A stretch of DNA of 61,112 nt, counting the filler, from Kipferlia bialata (Eukaryota): assembly GCA_003568945.1 (NCBI GenBank). It is 4 parts of 4 records of this genome, joined end to end, with 100 filler letters (N's around TTAATTAATTAA, not from the genome) between each part and the next. Parts side by side here need not be neighbours in the genome. Positions count along the whole stretch, not along the records: positions 1 to 15,213 come from BDIP01000727.1; positions 15,314 to 30,525 come from BDIP01000728.1; 2 more parts are not named here. One strand, 5' to 3'. This document shows, piece after piece, positions 1 to 21,315 of this stretch. Position 1 is the first letter of the stretch. Each line of letters opens with the position of its first letter. Made by a program: the position numbers and the translations under genes. Below the pieces are notes generated by a model. That model had not been told where the DNA came from and did not search any database. It was given only the letters and a program-made list of their open reading frames with translations.

Positions 1-11
1 GGGGGGGGGGG

Positions 12-54
<43 letters not shown>

Positions 55-244
55 TTAGGAAGGTGGACACTCAGGACACCGGTGTCGGGAGACCTGACCT
101 GTATCATGTCTCAACCCATCAGTTACAATACCACACAAAGCAGCACACTGAAGAGTGGCACATATGAATCCAACCCTCACACCTGCAACCACGGGTGTAG
201 CCCAACGCCACTCATATATTACAGAGATAAATACTCTTCCATAC

Positions 245-282
245 CTGGTACTGAGCCAACGGAAGAAGGATGGGATTCCCAT
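245..282 (-). CDS. First exon of an XRN-family 5'-3' exoribonuclease (XRN1 or XRN2/Rat1); rest of gene lies beyond the contig end
   Basis: MGIPSFFRWLSTR matches the conserved XRN N-terminus MG(I/V)PxFFRWLxxKYP. It is followed by AG|GTATGG. The intron runs into CTAAT-poly(C) at the contig edge. Confidence 0.8.
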
Positions 283-689
283 AGCCTTACCTCTGAAAGG
301 AGTCAGATATGACCAGGATCAAGGTCGAGTTCCAAACCCCTTCTCAGTCAGATGAGTTTTTGTAGGTTATCATTTTTGCCAAAAGGGTAGAGTCTACTCT
401 TTGGTCGAAATTGACAAACGCCCGTTTTTTTAGTCTAGGGGATCTAAAACTCTTTCTAAAGATACAAGACATCCATAGTAGTGATATGAATAACCTGTGA
501 TCATAATAGAGTTGTAAGGAAGCGTTCTAGCATCCTATAGAGACCCCCACTCTATATATAGAACGCGATATCTATATATAGTACTTGATAGAAATATGAT
601 TTATTGTTAAGTTCCAGTATTAATAGAATGGCCTATCATTTCCTGGAAATGTTCCGCTTCTTCAGCGAGTTAGTCGTGAACTACAAGAA
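283..689. promoter_or_regulatory. Probable bidirectional promoter between XRN (-) and the membrane protein gene (+)
   Basis: Divergent ATGs ~400 bp apart, AT-rich, with TCTATATATAG at 551-561 and 571-581. Confidence 0.4.
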
Positions 690-3600
690 ATGGGAGTGCT
701 AGAAGCACTTGCTGAGGGTTCCACTGATGCTAAGATGAAGGCAGACCTTAACGCACTGGCAGCTGAGACTAGGCAGGGCCGTGAGGACATGAAGGTGTGT
801 GCCTTGTCACTTTGCCTTTTGTTGTGCATTATTTCATGTTTCTGGTCGCTAATGTGCACCAGTACAAGGAATTATATGTCTATGCTACGTAAATACCACT
901 CTTGTGGTCTTGTATCGCGACACTTTGCCCGTGTTTTTTGCTTTTTCACAATTTGCCATGTTCAGTTGATTGGCGGTCGATTGATTGTTGTTCGACTCTG
1001 ACACTCAGGGTCTTGGACTTGAGATCTGTAAGGCTAGCTGCAGCAGTCCCGCGTATCTGTTCAGCTCCAAGGCCACAGCTGGTGACTGTGGATGCTGCCT
1101 GTGGATGCCCGCCCTGCTCCTCGCCTTCATCACCTTCTTTGTTGGCTTGGCAGGTACAACGGCACCAATCTCTTCCTACTTCCTTCCATACTAGACTCAC
1201 CTGACACCAGTTATCAAGACACACACTGTAGTGTATGACGGCGGCTTTGGCGGTGGTTTCACCTACAACCATGGCTTCTACCTGCCCACCTCTGCCTTCC
1301 GGGAGAAGGGCCTCGACGGCACACTCACAGTGGCGGTGGACGGTGAGGGCATGTGTATACACGTATATTTGTTTGTGTATGACAAGGTGGTACATCGGGT
1401 GATGGTGACACCATGTATTGGGATGAGTGACAGCAATAGTTATTACGTGCCTGTGCTTACACTCGACTCATTCCCCCATCTCATACCAGGCTTCACCCCT
1501 GGTGCCAGTGCCGAGGACCGCATCGGTCTCTACCACACCATGGTCGAGCCGACCTGGCTCGCAACATCAGACCGCCAATGTGAGTAATTGTGGGGATACT
1601 CTCCCCTCATTCTCTCTCTCTCTTCCTCTCTACCCGTAACTTCACTCACTGTCCAGTCGACGTTACCCCTGGCTCCACCACAGCCAGCAACGGAGACTCC
1701 TGGAAGGTACGCTAATACAGTAATAGGTGTTGTGTGTAGCCGCCTCTCTCTCATCTTCTCTCTTTGCCTCCCTCTCCTCTCACCCCAGGCCCTCCTCCCC
1801 TACAACGGAGACAGCGACTCCAGGTCGGACTATGAGTTCTACATCAACTCCGCCAGCGTGAGTGGTACCTCCTGCTCAGCCGACAAGGTCATCGTGCTCA
1901 TCGACGGCACAGTCATAGGTGCAGCCTCTCTCTCTCTCTCTCTCTCTCCTCTCCACCCCCCCTTTGTCCCTCACCCCCCAGGCACTGCCATGGTTGACAC
2001 TGGTGCCGCTGAGTACATATCCGAGTGCACCAAGCCCAACGGATGTGAGCTGGAGATCACATACGAGTCCACCGCTGGCTGCAGAAGGTATCCACTATAT
2101 ATATATATATATGTACATGTGTGCACTAGCATTCCTGTACTAACTGCAGGGGTCTGACCATCTGGATGGAGGTCCCTGCCTTCTCCCTGGCCGGCAACTC
2201 CGTCTCTGTCTACGACAAGGATTACGAGTACCCCGACGTGAGTGGTAGTGTGTATATCTGTTCTGTACATACCTAGATACTTCCCAACTTAAATACATTT
2301 ATGTGTATAGGTATGGGCAACGACTATGAGTACCCCGATATGAGTCTTATCCCATGTTCTGTACTACCCATATAGATTGAACACACACACACTCTCTCTC
2401 TCCCCCTCCCTCTCTGATTCGCAGGGTGGCTACATCTACGTCTACCCTGAAGCCCTGGATGCCTCCTCCTTCGAGCCCTCCTCTGAGATTGTGTTGACAA
2501 TGCTCATGAACAGAGCCATCCCAGGCGTCGCCATATTCTTCCTCTCCCTCTTGCTCTGGACCATACTGGCATTTGTCGGGGTCGGTCTGTGGTACGTGTC
2601 TACATACATACAAGACAAGTACATGATATGTATCTTACCACCCTCTCTCTCTCCTACCCCACCCCCCCTCACCCCCAGGGCCATCTACATGAAGAGCAAG
2701 AAGACCGACATCGAGTCCGTTGGGGAAGAGGCTGAGGTGCCAGGCAGGCGCAAGATCGAGGGTGCCGCCAGGCGCAAGAGAGAGAGGAGGCAGCAGAAGA
2801 TCAAGGAGGAGAGGGCCAGGAGGGAGCAGGGCGGCAAGAAGAAGGACAACTTCTACTTCAAGCCATGGTTCACAGACCCAAGGTGCGTGGTACCCTCTCT
2901 CTCACACACTCTATATGCTGTCTTACCCCAGGGAGCTTCTCTCCAAGCAGGACCCCGAGGACGTGTTCCGCTGCATCCACCTGACTGCCTGCATCCTGTT
3001 TGTGGCCATGTTTGGTCTGCTGCACCTGCTGACCAGACCCAGCCCAGTGCAGTACCCAGGGTACATCCCAGGTGGGTGGTGGCAGATTGTGTACCTCTCC
3101 ACCGGTCTCTTACCCTCCCCCCCCCTCCTCTCTCTCTCTCTCCCTACCCCAGTCACCCAAACCATTATGAAGACCAAGAACTACATTATTACAACATATA
3201 TGTGTGTGTCCATATATAAGAACGAAATTCCATATATATACACTCACCCCCAGGAACGCAGACCATTGTGGAGACCTCCATGCTGGGCGACAAGAAGGAG
3301 GGCCAGCTGCGTGTGTATGCCTCTGACTACCCTGCTGGCACCGTCACTGTGAAGCAGACCAACGCTATGCCCAGGGCCCTGGACAGTGAGGACGACACCG
3401 ACGTCAGGTTCCAGTGGGGGTTGGACGGGGACCTCCTGGCCTCCGGTGCCACACACACCTCCAAGGTGGGTGTGTATACATTATATATGCAATGGTGCAC
3501 TGTGCATCTTCTATACTCCACTTTACCCCCAGGTGTCCATGGTGGTGGATGAGCCCTCCAAGATGGAGCCCACCTGCTACCTGTACTCCGACTCCTGCAG

Positions 3601-4244
3601 TGGTAGCAGGGTGCTGGCCACCCTAGATGGCACCACCCTCTACGATGGGTCCGTGGCGTCCTTCAACGGGGCCTACGATCTTCCATGTTCCTCTGCTACA
3701 GGCTGTGAGGTAAGGGCATTGGTCTATATTAGATCTACCTGCATTTGGGTTGTTTATCGTCCTATATCATGTTTGTAGACCGACCTGTCTCCGTCCCTCC
3801 GTCTCACTGTCAGGTCAGGCTGGAGTACACAGACACTGCCTCCTGCATGGCCCGGTGTGTCATCGAGCACACAGGGGGGGAGACATACGCCACAGCGTAC
3901 GTGCATATGTCGTTACTCCCATAATCTACCATACACACACACACCCTCACCCCAGCTACGGTGCATACTCCTCCGCTGTCACCGTCGACCAGACCAACAC
4001 CAAGACTGAGATCTGGGGCAGCCACCTCTGGATAGAGGCCGATGACGAGTACGCCGGGTCCACCTTCTGGTCCCAGGACAACTCCATTGTGGTTGAGTAC
4101 ACACCCAAGACCATGGGTCTCGTGGGTGAGCTCCTTGTGTCTCTGTTGGTCATCGGTGGTCTGTGCCTCGTCGGCTGTGCAGTGTGGTACTTTGTGCTGG
4201 AGGCCAGAGAGAAGGCCAAGGAGCAGCCAGAGCCAGAGCCATAG
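690..4244 (+). CDS. Multi-exon hypothetical membrane protein with two tandem TM-ectodomain-TM modules
   Basis: About 14 GT-AG exons join in frame from MGVLEAL... to ...EQPEPEP*. Four hydrophobic segments (LWMPALLLAFITFFVGLAV; IFFLSLLLWTILAFVGVGLW; LTACILFVAMFGLLHLL; LLVSLLVIGGLCLVGCAVWYFV) and two similar Cys-containing loops. Confidence 0.7.
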
Positions 4245-4832
4245 AGGGAGAGAGGGAGAGAGAGAGCGACGTTGTTGTGGACAGGCCCATTCAACTGTCT
4301 GTGTATGTGTGTTAGTGTGTGAATGTGTGTCCTATTTTGGTCGCAGTTCTTTTCAAGCTTTGCCACCCAGTATTAGCAACACTAGTAGATCTAGTATCTG
4401 AGGTGGCCAATTTCTAATACATTTCTTGTATTATGGCGAATAGACTGTCCAGTGTAATCATTTCGTGAGGGCTAGGATCCTATACACTATTATCGACAGT
4501 CTTCTGTGGTACAAGGGCCTTGTTACTGTGGTCCACGGTCCGTGGACTCAGTCTGCGACGCTGACTGCGTAGATCTACACCCTTAGACCAAATGGCCAAA
4601 AACTGTCAGGCCCACTAGCAACACGTGTCTCTCCAAGTAAGGGAGTGTCTCTGGCCCTGGGGATTGTGTCTTGTGGTTGCAGCCTACTACTGGCTGTGTA
4701 CCCACCTTGGGACCCGGCACTGACGGAGAGAGCGGAAGATAGGGGACTCTGTTCCACACCGACCTGCTGACCCAGTCTGGCACAGAGTGACACAAGCACA
4801 GAGAGAGAGAGAGAGGCGCAGTCTAGCTGGAG

Positions 4833-13753
<8,921 letters not shown>

Positions 13754-14461
13754 CACACCAGTCTACATATGGTAGAGAGGGTGGTGGGTGATGGGTATGG
13801 CAGAGGCCTCTCGATAGGAGAAGGGTCCTGCATTCAATTATTGATGGTGGGGTGGATACATGCATCCCATCTAGTACTGTCTCGTCGTTATATGAGTAGC
13901 AACTGATAGATTATCTATTCCTAGTGCTCATGGTGAGGGGGCGACTATAACACTCTTTCTCTCATGTGTATTCCATTATATCTCCGGAAAAGCGCAGCAC
14001 ACGTACGCTCAACAGTAGGACAACTGGTGTGCTGAACAGGCTCAAATGTCAAAAGTCCTCTCCGATTGGGGACCTGAACTCCCCCTCGGAATAGTCGCTA
14101 TCTATAGAGGAAGGAAGAATGTCTCTGATTTCATTGTGACGTCGTGTAAGATTGACAGTGTAGTGTACTCTGAATTGAGTCTACGCACAGAACATCCGCC
14201 CAAGTGGTCAAGCTGACTCTCAACCCAATTAGGTATCAGTATCATCTCTTTCCACTCACTGGAATCGGCACTTGTAGTCGGTTCAACTTTCCCGGTGCTT
14301 GAATCAAGCTTCGACTCAGCTTCAACGGAAACACGATGAACCCTTTTGAATATTGAAACACAAAAATATGCATTTTTAGACGGTGCCCACCTCTGTCCTC
14401 TCTATACTGAGAGGGCGACCCCTACTCACACTGTCCAGTCCCCTCAGGAGTCCCTCAAGAG

Positions 14462-14990
14462 ATGAGCAATGAGAAGGACCAGGATTTAGAGGTCGAGAAG
14501 CTGTTACAGCTTATGCACAGCCTGACCGACGACCTGAGCCGGGGGGCCGAGCACCAGCTGCTCTGTCAGATCGAGACGATGCTGAGGGGGTGCGAGGAGA
14601 TGAGTGCCGGGGCTGCTGAGGCACAGCGGGAGGCAGAGGCGAGGCTGAGCCAGCAGCTGGCCGAGGAGCAGTCTCTGCTGGGCCGGGCCGAGGCGTCGCA
14701 CACCCAGTCCCAGGCCGTGGCAGACGAGGCAGAGGGCATCCTGCAGTCGGAGAAGACAGAGATCACTAAGAGGTGGGGGGTGTACTCAGGGTTCATATAT
14801 GCTCCTGTTTCTCTATGATCTAATATCTTGTCTGTGGTGAAGTATACACAATTGCTGTTTGCACTCGCCTGACCCCAGGGAGGAGCAGACCCAGGACCTG
14901 CGTCTGTTGATAGGCGCCAAGGAGGCAGAGCTGCTGGCTGCAGTGACCAAGGAGACAGAGACAGTCAGGGAGTACGAGGCCCTCGAGTAC
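14462..14990 (+). CDS. 5' part of a hypothetical coiled-coil protein, truncated by the contig end
   Basis: Exon MSNEKDQDLEVEK...EITKR, intron ending CTGACCCCAG, exon EEQTQDLRLLIGAKEAELL.... Rich in E/Q/A/L heptads. Confidence 0.65.
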
Positions 14991-15161
14991 GTATGTGCAC
15001 ATACTTGTTCGTTATAGCTTTGTACGGGATAATGCCCCCCCCCCCCCCCCCACCTATCTGGTTCCTCAACTATTCACTCTACGTCAGTCTGCCAATATCA
15101 AATCTGTGGTTTCATCTCCCTCTCTTCAATTACCAATCGCTGTCGCCATTACCTTCTTTCC

Positions 15162-15213
<52 letters not shown>

Positions 15214-15313
15214 NNNNNNNNNNNNNNNNNNNNNNNNNNNNNNNNNNNNNNNNNNNNTTAATTAATTAANNNNNNNNNNNNNNNNNNNNNNNNNNNNNNN
15301 NNNNNNNNNNNNN
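15214..15313. other. Artificial contig spacer N44-TTAATTAATTAA-N44
   Basis: 100-nt block with a six-frame stop linker at 15258-15269. Confidence 0.97.
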
Positions 15314-15755
15314 TCATGTTGTCTGTGAAAAGACAGAGAGAGAGAGGGGGGGGGAGGGGGGGGAGAGAGCAGATAGAAGGCGGCACGAATTATGTGCACA
15401 TGTATTCACAAAGGGTTAGGTGTCTAGTTGAGAGCTGACTTGGGTGGTTGAGTATATGGCAACAACGAGAGCCAGGACTTGCAGGGAAACTGATGAGTGG
15501 AGTTCCACTGTTATTACATGCACTGCATCCATATAAATGTACTTACACAAGTATACCTGCTTCCTCCTCTGGCATGTTCCGAGGATGGGACTCGAAGTCT
15601 GTTCTTGTAGTGGGTGGATAGGTTAGATGACCTAAAACCAGTAACAGAGTGGTACCACAATTTGTGGTCCACAAACACAATCGGTGTGACATAAGGGTCT
15701 ATTGAAACTCAGACTGCGGTGTGACATATTTTTCTGATCTATCTCTCAGTGTCAT

Positions 15756-16488
15756 ATGTGCGATGAGAGCCGTGAGGATGGGAGGGAAGAAGAGGGGGAG
15801 ACTGAGGGTTGGTACTGGCGGTACAGACTGGAGACTGGACTGAGAGAGCTAGACAGGGTCACGCACATAATCTCCATAGGTAAGTGTATTGCATATGGTT
15901 CTCTCTCTCTCTCTCTCTCTTTCTACAAGGTCACACTCTTAGTCTCTCTATATATAGGTAAGAGTGTGAAAATCTTCTGTCTTTCTGGATACTGGGCTGA
16001 GAGAGCTAGACAGGGTCACACTTGGTGGCCATATGTACAAGAGTGCATTCAGTTGTCTCTCTCTCTCCCTCTCTCTCTTTCTACAGGGGCACACACTTAG
16101 TCTCTAGAAGTAAGAGTGTCACATTCTTCTGTCTCTCTCAATCTCTCTCTGCTTCTGACACAAGGCGAAAATACTGTTCTTGCTCTCAAGGAGAAATCCC
16201 TGGAAGAGTTAGAGGGAGATGGAGAGGGAGAGGGAGAGGTATTTGGAGAGACCGGTATGAGTGGTGTCATACTGAGCAGACAAGACAGAGACTCACTGTA
16301 CAGAGTGTGTGGGGGGACAGGGGCTGTGCCAACAGGTAAGAGAATAGTGAATTTATATTCACTGATATATATATAAATACATTTATATATATGTATATAT
16401 ATATATATATACAGAGAGAGAGAGTCTGTGTGGCAGAGGGTCTTCTTCATTATAGACGGGTATGGAATTCCTGTATATGTATTTTGTG

Positions 16489-16539
<51 letters not shown>

Positions 16540-18426
16540 TAATTATTAATTAATATATATTAATACCAGGGGTCCACCTCCTCTGCTACCTGTGTCAGTG
16601 GGTGTGTCTATGCATATGTATATATTTATATCATGCATACTTATATATATATATATATTATAGTGTATACACTCCTGTCAGGTGTCCATGCAACCTCCTC
16701 TGCTGCGTATGTCAGTGGGTGTGTCTATGTATGTGGCACCAGAAGACCCAGACATCCCCCTATGTCCCCTACTACACAAGGGAGATGGTGCATGAGTAGC
16801 AGATGGGGATCAAGGGTGTGGGAGTGGATATGTGGCATAGTGGGTAGAAGACGGCCCACACCTGCAACACCACATACTTGCCCTCCTACTCCAGACGTAG
16901 AGGGGATGTGTCTGTATGTGTTGGACCTGGCTACTCTAGAGTGGCATACTCTCCAAGCACCCATACACACTAGAGAGGGAGAGAGAGAGAGAGACCCACA
17001 TATACACACTGGAGAGGTAGAGAGAGAGAAGGTCCCACCTATGCAGCATGGAGAGGGAGAGGGAGAAACACAGAAGGACAGTGTGGTGTGTGTGCGTAGG
17101 AAACTCTGGCCTCCCCCCTTGCGTCTACCCTTAGTATATGAGCACAGGGGCATGGTATATGTGGTGGGTGGTAGGTACCAAGTAGAGGGGGGAGAAGGAG
17201 ATATGGCTTGGCGAGAGATAGAGGGTGACTACTCCTCTGATGCGTGGGTCTATGACCCCAGCACCAGTGAGTGGCACACACACACTGCCATGTCAGTCTT
17301 CTCAGCTGGCTCTGCAGTCACATCGGGACATAGTACTTTCGGGGAGACTCAGGTGATTACATGAATATGTATAACAGTATATATTATATACTATACAGAC
17401 TGTCACTCTTCTATGGTGACACTGCATGTGTGTCGACACAGAGTGGCTATGGGGAGAGACAGGTAATCATTCATTTGCTCTATATAGTGGCACAGACACA
17501 CTGCCATGTCACTCTTCTCAGCTGGATCAGCATTCACATCGGGGCATAGTGCTTTCGGGGAGACTCAGGTGAATTCATGGATATGTATAACCGTATACAT
17601 TATATAATCACGCCATCATGTCACTCTTCTATGGTGACACGGCAGGTGTGTCGACATAGAGTGTGTATGGGGAGACACAGGTAATCATTCATTTGTTCTA
17701 TGATAAGCATTCATATATGAGTGTATTGTTGTCCTTCTCAATCTAGGTCTTTGACCTCCCCTACCACTTCACACATAGCGGTGGTGAGTGGAAGAGACAG
17801 GCTGACACACCCATACTCAGAGAGAACAGAACAGTCATGGTAGGTGGATTGTATACTATATGCACATAAGATCTATGTACTGGTATCTATTTGACTCAGT
17901 AGACGAGTGGCAAACACGTACTGCCGCTCTCCCATGGCACTGTGCGTTGCATATCAATGTATATCTACTTTGGCTTATTGATCTTACTGAATAGATTAGC
18001 GGTAGATACGTCCTACTGCTCTCTCATGGCACTGTACACTGCTGGGATAGTGTCACTATGGAGTGGACACAGTGGGAGTGTGAGGACATACCAATGGCAC
18101 TCAGAGATAGGGTGACGGCACAGGTGGTGATACATACATTGGATATACTCTACAGTCTATATCCGTGTACTCGTGTATAGATATGTTCATAGTCGATACG
18201 CCATATGTGACATTACTATCATGGTCCCTGGAAGATCTTCAGAATGAGATACCCTTAGGGTATCAGTATCAGTACACTCACAGGGTATCATACCCTATAT
18301 GGGAACAATGTGTACTGTATTCACGTGCAGGTGTCTGATGGTGAGCTCCTGGGTCTCTCCAACACTGTCCGTGACTCAGTCAGACAGTGGGTCACAGTCA
18401 CACTGGAACCAAAGGGTCTCGAATAG
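15756..18426 (+). CDS. Kelch-type beta-propeller protein (multi-exon)
   Basis: Kelch blade motifs IGENTVLAL, LYVLDLATLEWHTL, WPPPLRLPLVYEHRGMVYVVGG, DAWVYDPSTSEW. Last exon VSDGELLG...PKGLE*. Confidence 0.75.
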
Positions 18427-18723
18427 ATGACAGACTCTACAGTGCCCACATAGATTACACAGTGATAGGACCTACTTGCAGAAGAATCCATATTGTATTG
18501 AAAATCGTAAACATCATCTATATTGGTTTGTAATGGGAGCTGAGACGGCCCAGTACCCTCCTGCCTCCTCAATACCCGAAGTTATCTGAAATATATGTCC
18601 AAATGAAGAGATCGAGTGTCTGTCCCCTATCGACACCACGCCATTACACAAGTATGTTCTCGATACATACATATCGATCTCTCACACACACTGTCTGAGG
18701 TACTCGTCATGTCAATTAGTCTA

Positions 18724-18761
18724 ATTGATTGATTGATTGATTGATCGATTGATTGATTGAT
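18724..18761. repeat. (GATT)n microsatellite; (TA)n, (GA/TC)n and (TACTA)n tracts are also widespread in introns
   Basis: attgattgattgattgattgatcgattgattgattgat. Confidence 0.9.
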
Positions 18762-18762
18762 C

Positions 18763-19373
18763 TCACACACACTGCCTGAGGTACTCGTCGTTGACATCTA
18801 GCAGATAGCACGTCGTCACAGACTCCTCTGACCCCTCAAAGTACTCCAGAGGGCTGGGGTGTTAGACTATATATACATATCCTACATACACACAAGCGGG
18901 TACATACATATACACATGTATGATAATGCTGGATCCTCAAAGTACTCGAGTAGAATTCACTACTCAACATATATGTATACTCCATGTATACTGATTCATG
19001 AAATGCAGCAGTATATGAATTGTGATGTAAATCTTGTATATCAATATCTACGTACCACCCCCCCAGCTCACGGTGCCAGGACACGACGAGGAGCACGTAT
19101 TCTGGAGTGAGAATCCATACATATGTATATATATGTGTGTGCCCACCTATATGCGTGTATCCCATATATTGCATATAAGTACCTCCCACTCTGCATGATG
19201 CATAGTGGCACCCATGTCCTCATCAAGGACATTCATTAGTATATATATATAGATGTATATATATATGTGTGTACATGTATATGCATACACACTGTGTATA
19301 ATTCTCCCACTCTACATGATGCGTAGTGGCACCTATGTCCGTCCACATCAAGGCTATTCATTAATTAACACAC

Positions 19374-19404
<31 letters not shown>

Positions 19405-21032
19405 ATTATGAATATGTATATACAGTATACATAGTTACCTCCCACTTTACACGAAGCGTAGTGGCACCCATGTCAGCCCTCATCACGGGGGACATATACA
19501 CATACACATATGCATATACATGTATGTATATAGCATTACTTGTAATAGTAAGCATACCTCCTAGCACACATGTGGCATAGTGACACCCATGTCCGCCCTC
19601 ATCACGGGGGATGTCATCTGTATATTATATATATATATTATATATATATATATATATGTATGTATATATATAATATAACTATTGATAGTAAGCATACCTC
19701 CTACTATACAGGTGGCGTAGTGGCACCCATGTCCGCCCTCATCACTGGGGATGTCATCTAGGACAGGGCCCACAGTGCCACTAAGGGGTGAGGGGTGTAT
19801 ATAGCTACATATATACATACATAGTGTACATATTAACAGAGAGATAGAGAGAGAGATAGAGAGAGAGTCACTAAGGGGTAAGTAGAATATATATATATAT
19901 GGATTCATATACTCCATATAATGGATATATATACCTGCATGCGTCGTATGCTGCTATGCTGTAGTCACAGACGGCCAGGGCAAGGCCATCGCCCACGGGC
20001 TGGGGTGAGACAAGACAGTAAATATACGTATTCAGTAAAACTATGTATATAAATATATATTAATGTACGTATATATACGTATATAAGTACAATTATATAT
20101 ATGTGTTAATATATACATATACATATATATATCATACTACATCATACTAATATATACCTGGTAGCATGACCCCTTGAGTCCGTCTGAACTGAGGTCTGTC
20201 CAGGTGCCTAAGGGGTGAGGGGAATATATATATATATATACACATATAAATACAATGACATTATAAATGTATATATATATGTATTGTTATTATGTACATA
20301 TATATGTCTGGTAATGTAAAACAAGTCTGAGGTCTGTCCAGGTGCCTAAGGGGTGAGGGATACATGTACACTCGCAAAAGTGTTGGAAATGCATACATAT
20401 ATAAATACAATTAGTACATATGTTCACAAACCCCGCGTGTTGTGCATGGAAACACACACATCCACACACCCACCCACACACACATATATATATACATATA
20501 TATGCATACATACTATTATATACATATACACTCACATACCCTGTGGGTGGTTGAATGTGGCATGGTATGTGTCTCAGTGTCTATACATATTTACACACAC
20601 ACACACACACATATATATATCAATACATACATGTAGTATATATCTATACATATATGTATATCTCTCTATATATCTATCTATCTATACACTCCTTAATATA
20701 TAACCACTTACCCTGTGTGCTGTTGTATGTGGCATGGTATGTGTCTTTCTCATCCCCGGCCATCCCTAGCAGATGGACGGTGCTGAGGGTGAGAATAGTA
20801 TGTAGTAATATATCCATATATAATCAATAAATATATATATACATATATATATGTCAGATGGACGGTGCTGAGGGTAAGAATATCCATATATAGTAAAGTA
20901 GAGTAGTATATTTATACCAATTAATGCATATGTCATACCCAGCACATGGACAGTGCTGAGGGTATACTACCACAGTAAAAACCGTACACCTACTGCACCC
21001 CCTCGTATGTTACCAGTGTATATATAGTAGAA

Positions 21033-21080
<48 letters not shown>

Positions 21081-21177
21081 CCTATATATAATAATAATAT
21101 ATATTATTATACCATATACTATACTATACTCTTACCCTCTCTGCACCCCCATTCCATACAGGGCGTGTCTGTAGTAG

Positions 21178-21211
<34 letters not shown>

Positions 21212-21281
21212 ATCTACTGTATACTATACTATAGCGTACCCTCTCTGCACCCCCATTCCATACAGGGTGTGTCTGTAGTAG

Positions 21282-21315
<34 letters not shown>

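Noticed and set aside
1..54. Poly-G/poly-C tracts at contig ends (also ~15164-15213 and ~30484-30520) as telomeres or G-quadruplex elements
   Set aside because: They are homopolymers at assembly breaks, with unreliable length and no telomeric repeat unit.
13754..14461. Complex intergenic sequence as a possible ncRNA or mobile element
   Set aside because: I could not recognise a tRNA/snRNA fold, terminal repeats or a transposase/RT ORF by eye. An Infernal/Rfam search would be needed.
15258..15269. TTAATTAATTAA flanked by Ns (also 30570-30581 and 45871-45882), which could look like a conserved element or TTAA transposon target
   Set aside because: Identical 100-nt spacers separate contigs of steadily decreasing length (15213, 15212, 15201, 15186). 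This is a concatenation linker, so gene neighbourhoods across it are meaningless.
18514..18587. Possible extra terminal exon (ITSGIEEAGGYWAVS...) for the ARM+Kelch gene
   Set aside because: The phase is incompatible with the preceding exon, which already ends in an in-frame TGA at 18763-18765.
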